Shown: positions 1 to 12,384 of the stretch, piece by piece
Layout: each line of letters begins with the position of its first letter
Position numbering within the stretch: position 1 is the first letter of the stretch
Assembly (NCBI GenBank): GCA_963797555.1
Contig: CAWCPV010000004.1
Location: 480,001-544,000, forward strand
DNA: 64,000 nt
Origin: an uncultured Gammaproteobacteria bacterium
GTDB lineage: Bacteria > Pseudomonadota > Gammaproteobacteria > CAWCPV01
Direction of reading: 5' to 3'
The notes under the pieces: model-generated
What the model saw: only the letters and a program-made list of their open reading frames with translations
Told to the model about the DNA's origin: nothing
Database searches by the model: none
Program-made: the position numbers and the translations under genes

Positions 1-1
1 G

Positions 2-559
2 GTCAGACACCGCCGCCGATCCATCCGTCTGAAGGGCTACGATTATTCGCACGCCGGGGTGTATTTCGTGACCGTCTGCACCCAGGATCGGGCGTGCCTG
101 TTCGGCGAGGCTGTGGACCGCGAAATGCGGTTGAATGCCATGGGCCAGATCGTGGCTGATGAATGGTTGCGGTCGACGCGGATTCGGCAGGAAATCGAAT
201 TGGATGCGTTTGTGGTCATGCCTAATCACATGCACGGCATTGTCGCGATCACCGACCCGGACGTAGTAGGGGCGACCGGCCGGTCGCCCCTACGGTTTGC
301 GGAATCGCCCCAGCCGCGCGGTCCGGGGCGGCATTCGCTGGGCGCTCTGGTCGGCGGATTCAAATCCGCGGTTACCGTCCGGATCAATGTCCTGCGCGGC
401 ACACCGAGTGCGCCGGTCTGGCAACGCAACTACTACGAACACATCATCCGCGACGAGGCATCCTTGCATCCCATTCGGCAGTACATCGTCGATAACCCGC
501 TGCGTTGGGCCGTTGACCGGGAGAATCCAGCCGCCACCACCCCTGAAACCGGAGGATGC

Positions 560-572
<13 letters not shown>
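2..572 (+). mobile_element. REP-associated tyrosine transposase (RAYT, Y1 HUH), 5' end outside window; as written it reads in frame into hsdR
   Basis: Frame 2 reads [31 protein letters not shown] (HUH)..[18 protein letters not shown]. Likely native end is PEDAWRS* at 572 in the shifted frame. Confidence 0.88.
266..293. repeat. Perfect 28-bp GTAG-type REP palindrome inside the RAYT gene
   Basis: GTAGGGGCGACCGGCCGGTCGCCCCTAC is its own reverse complement. Confidence 0.85.
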
Positions 573-3691
<3,119 letters not shown>

Positions 3692-3958
3692 CGGTGCCCA
3701 CGTTCAGGAAGGCGGGCGACGCCGGCCAAGGCCGCCGAGGCAATGGGAGCACTCGGTCGGCGCCCCCCCACAGGAACCTCACTGCGGACAGGTCGTATCG
3801 TCGCAGTAGATGACGTTCTGCCAACAGAAAATCTGCGGCGAACGGGGATCGATGGTGAGCCGCAGCCATTCCCTGGGGTTGTTGGTCGAGCCCTGAGACA
3901 GGCCGCCCCGACCTCCGCCGCCTCTGCCAGCGTGGGGCAGGCCGGGCGGAAAATCACC

Positions 3959-5044
3959 TCAATGGCGGCCCGCCGTCGCTGCAGCAGGGGGTGGAGCGAA
4001 AGCGGCAGGTGCGAGCACTGGCGCAGAGCTGAAGTCGGCCGGCAGCTCGCCGGTCAGGCTCGCGAGGAAGGTGACGATGGCGCGCACCTCCTCGTCGCTC
4101 AGGGTCCTGCCGAGCTGAAGCTTCGCCATGATGCGAACCGCTTGCGGCAGAGCGGCGACGGAGCCGTCGTGGAAATAGGGCGGGGTCATGGCCACGTTGC
4201 GCAGGCTCGGGACCTTGAAGACGTAGCGGTCGCCCTCGGCTTGGGTGACTTTGTAGCGGCCCAAGTCGACCTCCCGGCTCCCCGTCTCCTTCCAGTAATC
4301 GCCGGTCAGTCCGAACTTCTGGAAGCTCCCGCCCCCGACCCCGACCCCGTTGTGACAACGGCTGCAGCGGAGATTCAGGAACGTCTCCAGGCCCTTCTGC
4401 GCCTCGGGGCTCAACGCCCCGGTGTCGCCTTGGAGGTAGTGGTCGAAGGGGCTGGGCGTCACGAGGGTGCGCTCGTAAGCGCCGATGGCCGCGCCCCAAT
4501 TCTCCGGCCGGACGGCCTCCGGCTCACCGGGAAAGGCGGCACGGAATGCCCCTTCATAGCCGAGGGACTTCAGCTTGGTCACGACGCTCGGGTAATCCGG
4601 ATTTCCGAAGCTGGCTGGACCGATGAGCGACTTCTGGGCTTGGTCTTCCACGTCCGCCCGGTCGCCGACCCAGTGTTCGCGGAACTGCAGGGCTGCGTTC
4701 AACACCGTGGGGGCGTTGCGGGGATTGAGCTTGTCGGCCACCCCGAGGCTTCTCGGCAACGCGTCGGTTGCGCAGAGCGCGGGCTGATGGCAACGCGCGC
4801 AGCTTACCGTGCCGTCGGCGGAAAGGCGCGGATCGAAGAACAAAGCCCGCCCGAGCTTGACCCGAGCCGGGGTAATGGGGTGGCCGGGGGTGGCCATGTC
4901 CTTCGGAAGCGGCTTGAACACCTGATGAGCGCGCTGCAAGAGCGCGTCTTCGGCAAGCGCATCGCGGGCCTCCGCGCTGAGCGCCCCGATCGCGGCCGCC
5001 ATCAAGGCCAGACCGAGCCATGTACCTTTGCCAAGGTCGTGCAT
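3959..5044 (-). CDS. Di-heme cytochrome c peroxidase (CcpA/MauG family)
   Basis: Signal peptide, LGRALFFDPRLS, CARCH and CSRCH heme motifs, FKVPSLRNV..PYFHDGS. Confidence 0.92.
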   Translation of the reverse strand: MHDLGKGTWLGLALMAAAIGALSAEARDALAEDALLQRAHQVFKPLPKDMATPGHPITPARVKLGRALFFDPRLSADGTVSCARCHQPALCATDALPRSLGVADKLNPRNAPTVLNAALQFREHWVGDRADVEDQAQKSLIGPASFGNPDYPSVVTKLKSLGYEGAFRAAFPGEPEAVRPENWGAAIGAYERTLVTPSPFDHYLQGDTGALSPEAQKGLETFLNLRCSRCHNGVGVGGGSFQKFGLTGDYWKETGSREVDLGRYKVTQAEGDRYVFKVPSLRNVAMTPPYFHDGSVAALPQAVRIMAKLQLGRTLSDEEVRAIVTFLASLTGELPADFSSAPVLAPAAFAPPPAAATAGRH

Positions 5045-5638
5045 CGCTTCTCCTCCGATCATCTTCATAAAGGACAGGCCAACGGGCCGCTGAAAGCTCG
5101 AGACTATCGCAGGCTCTCTCGCGATTTCGGTTCCAGTGCGCAGACGCGCATCGGCAGCAGGACACGTTTCCGAATGCCGTTCGGAGCGCGACACAGAGCG
5201 TGTCCAGGCGACCCGGGCGAGGTTCGAGAGCGCAGCGTGCAGCGCTCGGTCCGAGGATGATAGCAGTCATTGCTGACCGTGGGGTCACGGTCTGCAAGGC
5301 CGAAAACCGGGAGCTTGCGCAAGCCTCGCGGGGTTAGAGATCTCCAGGACATCAGGCCAGACCCTGGCACGCTTCATGCTCATATCCTTTCAGAGGGCGG
5401 AGGAGTCATCGGCCCTGGGAGACGCCCACCGGCGAGTCGACATGAACACCCACGTCTGCGACATGCTTAGTGCTCTTCGCCGCAGCCAAGTCCGGTGGCG
5501 GGGAAGGGGCCGTCGCGACGAGCGCGGCAGCAGCAGTCAAGAGGCACGCGCCTATGGTTTCCGCCCTGCCTTCCAGGATTATGGTACGGGCCGGTCTCGG
5601 GTCGGAGGCACCTCGGCGTCGGCGGTATTCGCGCCTGA

Positions 5639-5741
5639 AGCTTGTGAATGAATCTGCTGCGCGTCCCGGCAGCGGCGTTGCGCGGTGGTTGGCGTACCTC
5701 CCTGTACGCCACCCCGTCGGGGCGTCCTGCGGACGTGCCGA
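5639..5741 (+). repeat. Partial copy of dispersed MITE (matches reverse complement of about 62582-62686)
   Basis: Shares ..CTTGTGAAT.AATCT.CTGCGCGTCCCG..GCGTTGCGCGGTG..CTGTACGCCACCCC..GGCGTCCTGCGGACGTGCCGA. Confidence 0.75.
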
Positions 5742-5910
5742 CTATGAGACGTACCAAGCTCGACAGTGTATGGAAGCGATTATGGGTCCCGCGAGCCGAG
5801 CGTGGCCCGCCACGTATCCTGCTCGTCAGACCCCGCTGTCGCTCAGCAGCGACGTGAGTGGGGCGCAACGGAACGCCGTGAAGCCGCCGCACTCGAGGGT
5901 CAGGCGAAAC

Positions 5911-6915
5911 TCACTCGGGGTTTCCGGTGCCGTTGATGATCAGCACCTCGGCTCCCTGGACTCTCCCCTCCCGGAGGCGCGACAGAGCCTCGTTGGCCGC
6001 GGCCAGGGGTGAGATCTGGACCTCGGTGCGCACCGGCACCTGGGGAGCAAGAGCCAGAAACTCCTCCCCATCGCGCCGCGTGAGGTTCGCCACCGATCGC
6101 ACAGTGCGCTCACCCCAGAGGATATCGTAGGGGAAGGCGGGGATTTCGCTCATGTGGATGCCGGCGCACACCACGGTCCCGCCTTTGGCCACCGAGCGCA
6201 GGGCCGCGGGTACCAGCGATCCGATGGGCGCGAAGATGATGGCGGCGTCGAGCTCCTCCGGCGGTCGCGAGGTCGAGTCGCCGGCCCAGACCGCGCCGAG
6301 CCCGAGCGCGAACTTCTGGCCCTCATGGTCCCCGGGACGGGTCAACGCGAAGACCCGTCGGCCCTGGTAGTTGGCCACCTGGGCGATGATATGGGCCGCG
6401 GCGCCGAACCCGTAGATGCCGAGACGCTCTGCGTCGCCCGCCAGGGCGAGGGAGCGATAGCCGATCAACCCGGCACACAGCAGCGGGGCCGCCTGGGCAT
6501 CGCTGTATGCCTCTGGGAGGGAGAAGCAGAAATGCTCGTCGGCCACGGCATACTCCGCATAGCCTCCATCCAGGCTATAGCCGGTGAAGCGTGCCTGGTC
6601 ACACAGGTTCTCCCGACCGCTCCGGCAATAGCGGCAGACGCCGCAGGTGTGTCCCACCCACGGGACGCCCACGCGCTGGCCCACAGCGAGGCGTTCCACC
6701 CGTTCTCCCGCCTCGATGACCGTGCCCACTATCTCATGGCCCGGGATCAGCGGCAGCTTGGGCCGTGTCAGCTCTCCGTCCACCACGTGCAAGTCCGTGC
6801 GGCAGACGCCGCAGGCGTGGACCTGCAGGAGTATCTGCTGCGCGCCCGGCGTCGGGCGCGGCACTTCGCGCTGCACGAGGGCGCTGCCAGGCGCATCGAG
6901 CATCATTGCACGCAT
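5911..6915 (-). CDS. Zinc-dependent alcohol dehydrogenase (AdhP-like)
   Basis: CGVCRTDLH, GHE, CGVCRYC..ENLC, GIYGFGAA. Confidence 0.93.
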   Translation of the reverse strand: MRAMMLDAPGSALVQREVPRPTPGAQQILLQVHACGVCRTDLHVVDGELTRPKLPLIPGHEIVGTVIEAGERVERLAVGQRVGVPWVGHTCGVCRYCRSGRENLCDQARFTGYSLDGGYAEYAVADEHFCFSLPEAYSDAQAAPLLCAGLIGYRSLALAGDAERLGIYGFGAAAHIIAQVANYQGRRVFALTRPGDHEGQKFALGLGAVWAGDSTSRPPEELDAAIIFAPIGSLVPAALRSVAKGGTVVCAGIHMSEIPAFPYDILWGERTVRSVANLTRRDGEEFLALAPQVPVRTEVQISPLAAANEALSRLREGRVQGAEVLIINGTGNPE

Positions 6916-7085
6916 GAAATGACCTCCCGTCGAATCGGGCTCAGGTGACACTCCATCTGTCCATGACTATGACCACAAATCTTGCCGGTCGGGTAGATCC
7001 TGTGGGAAGGATTTCGCAACCCGTCAGGCCACGCCCGTCTCCGCGTGCCGGCGACGGCGCTGGTCGAGCCGCGGCGGGTGCTCCG

Positions 7086-7754
7086 TCACGCGATTCCCTG
7101 GCGTGCGAGGACACGACGACCCAGCACCCGCTCCAGCGCAGAAAGGCAGGACGCGCGGTCTACGAAGATCACGGCCCTCAGTCCCTGCGATCTGGCCCGC
7201 TCCACGTTGCCCTGGTCATTGTCCACTAGCAACACCGCCTGAGGCGGGATGCCGAGGGCGTGAACAACGTCGCCGAAGAGCGACGCATCCCGTTTAGTCT
7301 TGCCCAGCCGGTAGCTGATGAACACCCGGTCAAATCTCCCGTAGAAGGTGTCCCGTGTCTCCAGACGGTCGAGCCAGTCGCCGTGGTCGCTCAGGATCGC
7401 GGTCAGGTAACCTTCTCTCTTCAAGGCATCCACTATCTCGAGCATCTCCGGTCGCAAGACGTAGCGGCCGAGAATCTCATCCGTCAGGGCTCGATCGGAT
7501 CCGCGTATCTTCCAGGATTCCCGCACCTGCCTCCAGAACCCCGCCTCGTCCTCGTGCCCGGTGAAGTATCCCCGTTGGTACGCGGTATCCCTTGCCGCGC
7601 AATAGAAGCTCTCGGGATCGATCTGGTTGCGCTGGGCGATGGCGTAGAGTCCGTGACGGAAACCCTCCTCAGCCAACACTCCTCCATAATCGAACAGCAC
7701 CGCTCGGACGCGAGTCGTCTGGCTGCCGCCATCCCCGTACATCTCGCTATTCAC
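7086..7754 (-). CDS. HAD-superfamily hydrolase
   Basis: VLFDYGGVL motif I, LSD, LVDNDQGNV. Confidence 0.8.
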   Translation of the reverse strand: MNSEMYGDGGSQTTRVRAVLFDYGGVLAEEGFRHGLYAIAQRNQIDPESFYCAARDTAYQRGYFTGHEDEAGFWRQVRESWKIRGSDRALTDEILGRYVLRPEMLEIVDALKREGYLTAILSDHGDWLDRLETRDTFYGRFDRVFISYRLGKTKRDASLFGDVVHALGIPPQAVLLVDNDQGNVERARSQGLRAVIFVDRASCLSALERVLGRRVLARQGIA

Positions 7755-7893
7755 GCACGCGGCCCGCCCGACGGCTGGCAGATGCTGTCAGGCATCTGTA
7801 ACGAGCTCCAGGGCAGTCGTTCTTCGATGCGAAACGGAGCCAAATACGGCGTTCCCCCATCTGGATCTCTGCGGCTGCCGAGGAACGACCGGC

Positions 7894-8802
7894 TCACGCG
7901 CCGCGCGCGCTACCCAGGCGCTCCAACTCGTCCAGAGTCCGCGGCCAATCCTTTTTGAGCAGCCGGGATAGCGCGCGGTCCGCCAGCAGCCGGCCACCGG
8001 TCTGGCATCGCGGGCAGTAGTTGGTTTCGTTCGTCGCGTAGCGGATGCGCTGCACCGGCGCTCCGCAGGCCGGGCAAGCCTGACCGAAGCGCCCGTGCAC
8101 CTTCATGCCCTCGCGGAAGGCCGTCACCTTTTCCGGGAAGCGCTCGCCCGCCTGCGTGCGCAACCTCGCGACCCATTCGGTCAGGGTGTCTCGCGCCGCC
8201 CGGTGCAAGCGCTGGACATCGTCCGGGGCCAGTTTCTGGGTCATGGCGACCGGAGACAGCCGGGCACGGTGCAGGATTTCGTCCGGGTATGCGTTGCGAC
8301 GCCGCTGAAGAGCCGCGGGTCGGTCAGCGCCCTCTTGAGCGTGTGGTTCTCTCGGGTGAGCGCCGCGCGGAACATGTCCGGGTCCGCTTCCAAGATTTCG
8401 AGTCCGCCGGGGTCGTGAGCGCGGAGTGCTGCCTCACCCGGTACCACATGGAGCGACGCCCGCTTCTGGGTGCCGGCCTCGGTCAGCGTGAGCGTGCCGC
8501 TCGTGAACTCGAAGGCCGCCAACCCGTGCCTGCCGGGCAGCTTCGCGCCGAGCGCCCGCCAGTGCAGGCGTCCCGCAATCATCGAGATGGATGACCAGCC
8601 AGAGGTCGCCCTCGAGACCGAGCGCGATGCGCTTGCCGAGGCGCCGCAGCTCCCGGATTTCCCGGCCCTGGGTGCTGGTGACGGGCGGCTGCGCCGTGCG
8701 CAGCACGAAAGGGCTGGTGAGCCGGATGGTCTCCAGGCGTTGACCGAGAATCCGCCGTTCGAGGGCCTCGATGTAGAGGGTGATGTCGGGCAGTTCGGGC
8801 AT
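7894..8802 (-). pseudogene. Fpg/Nei DNA glycosylase split by two frameshifts (about 8580 and 8290), possibly sequencing errors
   Basis: MPELPD start, H2TH region [13 protein letters not shown], zinc finger CPAC..CPRCQ spread over three frames. Confidence 0.85.
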
Positions 8803-8901
8803 CGACGAGCGCGCAGATACAGGGCGTGGCGGCGCACACTTGCGGGCTTGGGTCGCAGGCGAGCGGGGCGGACCGCCACTCGGCGATGCAGGCCCTTTCC
8901 C

Positions 8902-10686
8902 CTAGCGGCGTCCGCTGCCGACGAATTCTTGCAGCGCGTGGTTCAGGAGGCTTTCCGACAAGTTCCTCCGCCTGACGAGAACCTCGCCCAGCTTCACTCG
9001 GCGGTCTCGGACCACTGTGTCCAGCTCCGGGATGGTCTCCTCGGTCGCAACCCCGAGCGCTAGCAGCGCCGTCCTGAAGCTGACGCCTTTCTGGCGTTGG
9101 TATCCCAGGCAGCCACGGAAGTCCTCCAGGGTGAGCAGGCCTGCTTCCAGTGCCGCCACCCCGTAGTGCTTGTTGATCTCGGTCTGGATCTTCACGGCCT
9201 CCGATAGCTCGCGCTCCGTGAGCAGTCCGCGCCGCACCAGAAACCGGCCAAACACCACGCTGCGCTCGATCTTGATTTCCTCCGATGCCGATGGCATCGC
9301 CTGAGATCCGACCTCTGCTGCAGTGCGCGGCGCGATGGCGCGTAGCCCCTCGGCCTCGGACCCACGGGAGGATGAAGGGATTGTCGTGTCCTCGACAGGA
9401 ACTGCTTTTGGCATGTGCTGCTCGGAGGGGGCCGCCGGAGCCGCACCGAGGCCCGGCTCCTGGTCAGCCCTGTCGCCGTCTTCAGGGGGAGCGGGTTCCA
9501 CGGGGATCTTGGGAATGGCCTCTTCTGCCGAAGCCACCAATTCCGCGGCGGAGGTGCCGTCCTCGGGAAATGTCGCGATCCCGATATCGAACAGGGGTGC
9601 GCTATCGGCCTCTCTGACGCCGGGCATCTCGGCGCCGTGGAGCGCTTTTCGCAACTGTTCCGCGACCGCCAGGCCGAGCGCCCGCGAGGTGTCATACAGG
9701 ATGACGCCGAAGCGTCCAATCCCCACGGAGCCCAGCCGGTCGGATGGCAGGATCTCGCGACCGACGACTCCGCGTACCACCGCATCGAGGTCACTGGTTT
9801 GGCCGAGGCCTTCCTGGCCGCCGCCAACACTCTCGGAGCTGCTCACCTGCAGCAACAGGACCGAGAGCGGGTGACGCCCCTCATTGCTGGCGAGGTCGGT
9901 CTCCAACTGCTGTACGAATTCTTCCCGACCCAGCATCGGCCGAGTCGTACCCGCCGGCGGCGCGGATCCCTCGCCGGAAGCCCCCGTCGAAATGCCGGCT
10001 GGCTCGGGGCGTGCGCCATGGGCCGAGAACCTCGCTTGCATCCGGTCATCGGCTGTGCTCGCGCCCGGCCGATGCATCAATGCGAGCGCGGCGACGCTTA
10101 CCAACCCACCGACTACCAGCGCGGCGAAGCAGGCGACGGCTGCCGTCAAGCGCACCAGCAGGGCCACTCTGCGCTCTACGGAAAAGGCGGGCCCCGACTG
10201 CTGCAGGCTGTCCAGCAGCGCGACCGCTTTTTGCAAATGCTCTTTCACATCACCGAGCCGTACGCCCGAGTTGAGGTTGCCGTTCAGCGCAATAGGGCGG
10301 GCTGCGCTACTCAGAGTGGCCTTGGCATCGGCCCACTCCCGCCGCGCCGCGTGGACGAGAGCCAGCTCTTGATCCAACCAGGAGTCCGACCCGGCGACGG
10401 CCGCGAAGCCGCTCTCTACGACGGCTGCTCGATCGAGCACCTTCGACAGCGATGCCCGATCGTCTACCAGGTCTGGGGCCGCCGTGCTGACGGCGAGGCT
10501 CAAGAGACGATTTTGCAGATCCAACACCGCCAGACGGTCGGCCAGCTCTCGGTCGCGCAGCTCCCTGGCGTCGCGAACCGCACCCTGGACGGCGAGCCAT
10601 GTGAGCAACGCCAGGGCTGCGAGCGCCAGCAGCGGAAGCCCCAGCAGACCTGCGCGCTTGCTGGGATGGAACGGCAGCCTCGTCAC
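8902..10686 (-). CDS. Membrane protein with degenerate GGDEF-like domain and C-terminal MshEN-like repeats
   Basis: Two TM segments; ILPSDRLGSVGIGRFGVIL..IGIATFPEDG; repeats FGRFLVRRGLLTERELSEAVKIQ and KLGEVLVRRRNLSESLLNHALQ. Confidence 0.7.
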   Translation of the reverse strand: MTRLPFHPSKRAGLLGLPLLALAALALLTWLAVQGAVRDARELRDRELADRLAVLDLQNRLLSLAVSTAAPDLVDDRASLSKVLDRAAVVESGFAAVAGSDSWLDQELALVHAARREWADAKATLSSAARPIALNGNLNSGVRLGDVKEHLQKAVALLDSLQQSGPAFSVERRVALLVRLTAAVACFAALVVGGLVSVAALALMHRPGASTADDRMQARFSAHGARPEPAGISTGASGEGSAPPAGTTRPMLGREEFVQQLETDLASNEGRHPLSVLLLQVSSSESVGGGQEGLGQTSDLDAVVRGVVGREILPSDRLGSVGIGRFGVILYDTSRALGLAVAEQLRKALHGAEMPGVREADSAPLFDIGIATFPEDGTSAAELVASAEEAIPKIPVEPAPPEDGDRADQEPGLGAAPAAPSEQHMPKAVPVEDTTIPSSSRGSEAEGLRAIAPRTAAEVGSQAMPSASEEIKIERSVVFGRFLVRRGLLTERELSEAVKIQTEINKHYGVAALEAGLLTLEDFRGCLGYQRQKGVSFRTALLALGVATEETIPELDTVVRDRRVKLGEVLVRRRNLSESLLNHALQEFVGSGRR

Positions 10687-10743
10687 CCTTTCCTCCTCAG
10701 AGCCTGCCGCCGGCTACAAAGCCGTAATGGGCCTCGCGCAACT

Positions 10744-11808
10744 TTAGGGTATGACCAGCACCATTCCTGGATAAATGGCATCGGCGTTTCCCAACAAGTG
10801 TGCGTTGGCCTGCAGAATGGCAGGCCATAGGTTCCTGTCGCCGTACAAAGCGGCAGCGATAGCGGACAGCGTGTCGCCGGGCTTGACGGTGTATACGTCC
10901 TTTGCGCTGGACAGGCGGGCAACGAGAGACTGCGCCGCATTCACCTCTCCCTGCAACTGTTTCAGGCGAGAGTCGGAGCCGCCCGGGCGCTCGGAGCGCC
11001 GCTCGCGATCCTGCACCATTTCGCGGTACGCGGCATTCAGCTTTGCGGCTGTTTCCTTGGCGTCTTCCAGCGTTTGCTGAGTCTGCTTTCCCACAGAGCT
11101 TCCTGGCGGCATGGCGCGACCCCCCCGCAGTGCAGCCAGGTCTTCTTTCGGCTCCTGCGCTGCGCCCGAAATGCGGCCCCGCTGGGCCCCCGGCGCCTCA
11201 GGGCCTCCGTTTCGGGGTGGCGAAACGGGCGGCCGCACGCCCGTCGGCGCCTGTTCCATTCCAGCATGTTGGCCCTGCGGAGGCTGCGAAGGGGTCGTCT
11301 GCGTTGGCCTCCGGGACCCTGTCGGGGCAGGTTCAGCGGCGGAACCTGCAGAGACGACGCACCCTCTGTCGAGTGCGCCGGCGATGGCATAGAGGTGGGC
11401 CTGCAGCAGCACGGCGTCTTGACGCAGCGATAGCGCCAAGCGGCTCGGGTCTATCGCTTCCGCCCCCGGGTTTCCAGCAGATAGAGTAGGGAACTGTGTG
11501 GCGGATCTCGCGCTCGGAGCGCGATCATTCAATGCCTCGAGTTGCTGTCGCAGCGTCTCGTTGCTCTCGCGGAGTCTCTCAATGGCCATCGCGAGTTCCA
11601 CGATGGATCTCCCCGCCCCCTCACCATCGCCGGGTCGATGATCGCGCAGCGCGGCCGACCCCGCCGCACCCGCATCACCCGGGAAGTCCGAGGCAGCCTG
11701 CACAGGAGAGAAAATTATCAGCAACAGCGCGCTCCACGAAGGAATGGAATTACTCGCGGAGCCGGCTTTGGCGGCGAACCGTTTATGTTGCTTGTGTGAT
11801 GTCAGCAA
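10744..11808 (-). CDS. Exported coiled-coil protein with C-terminal LysM domain
   Basis: YTVKPGDTLSAIAAALYGDRNLWPAILQAN..IYPGMVLVIP. Confidence 0.8.
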   Translation of the reverse strand: MLTSHKQHKRFAAKAGSASNSIPSWSALLLIIFSPVQAASDFPGDAGAAGSAALRDHRPGDGEGAGRSIVELAMAIERLRESNETLRQQLEALNDRAPSARSATQFPTLSAGNPGAEAIDPSRLALSLRQDAVLLQAHLYAIAGALDRGCVVSAGSAAEPAPTGSRRPTQTTPSQPPQGQHAGMEQAPTGVRPPVSPPRNGGPEAPGAQRGRISGAAQEPKEDLAALRGGRAMPPGSSVGKQTQQTLEDAKETAAKLNAAYREMVQDRERRSERPGGSDSRLKQLQGEVNAAQSLVARLSSAKDVYTVKPGDTLSAIAAALYGDRNLWPAILQANAHLLGNADAIYPGMVLVIP

Positions 11809-11938
11809 TGGCCGCCCTTCGAAGGCGTTCGAGCCGGCCGCATGATAGCACTTGTCGAGTGGGGGAAAAATGCAACTGGCGATACTTGTTTCTGGATTTC
11901 GGCCCCATGACCACGCAATTCGTCGGCGCTGCCGTCGC

Positions 11939-11968
11939 TTGACATGTGATACGCCCGTTGCATATCGT
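11939..11968 (+). promoter_or_regulatory. Putative sigma70 promoter for the riboswitch leader
   Basis: TTGACA-18 nt-TATCGT immediately upstream of the aptamer. Confidence 0.5.
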
Positions 11969-11982
11969 TGGCGCTCGGGAAG

Positions 11983-12068
11983 CCCCCGATAACGGCAAAC
12001 CTACCGTGAGGTAGTGGCGCAAAGCAACGGGTCTCCAGCCGGGGGGAGACGGCCGAGCTGCCGAAGGG
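11983..12068 (+). ncRNA. c-di-GMP-I (GEMM) riboswitch
   Basis: CGATAACGGCAAACCTACC-GTGA-GGTAGTGGCGCAAAGCAACGGGTCT..AGACGGCCGAGCTGCCGAA: GGCAAACC, GNRA tetraloop, GCAAAGC, P3, GCCGAA. Confidence 0.88.
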
Positions 12069-12384
12069 TCTCGTGCTGATTAGCAATAATTGGGGGGCAG
12101 CGAGGCCTGATGGACGACGACCGCGACACGGGTGTTCTCCCGCCGCTGTGCCACGCGGTCGCAGGCCCCCTCCACAGGCCCCACGAGCGCCGTCTCGGCG
12201 CCAGTTCGGAACTGAGAACCGTCGGGCGCCGCGGTCGCTGCCGCAGGTCCTCTGAAATGCCAGTGGCGCACGCCGGGCCAGACGGGCGCGGTACGCTTCG
12301 GATCACACCCGCGTTATTCATCGCGCCACGCGCCCCTGCATCCATCGAGGTCTGTTTGCGCCGCCGCGCGGCCTGTCGTTTCCC

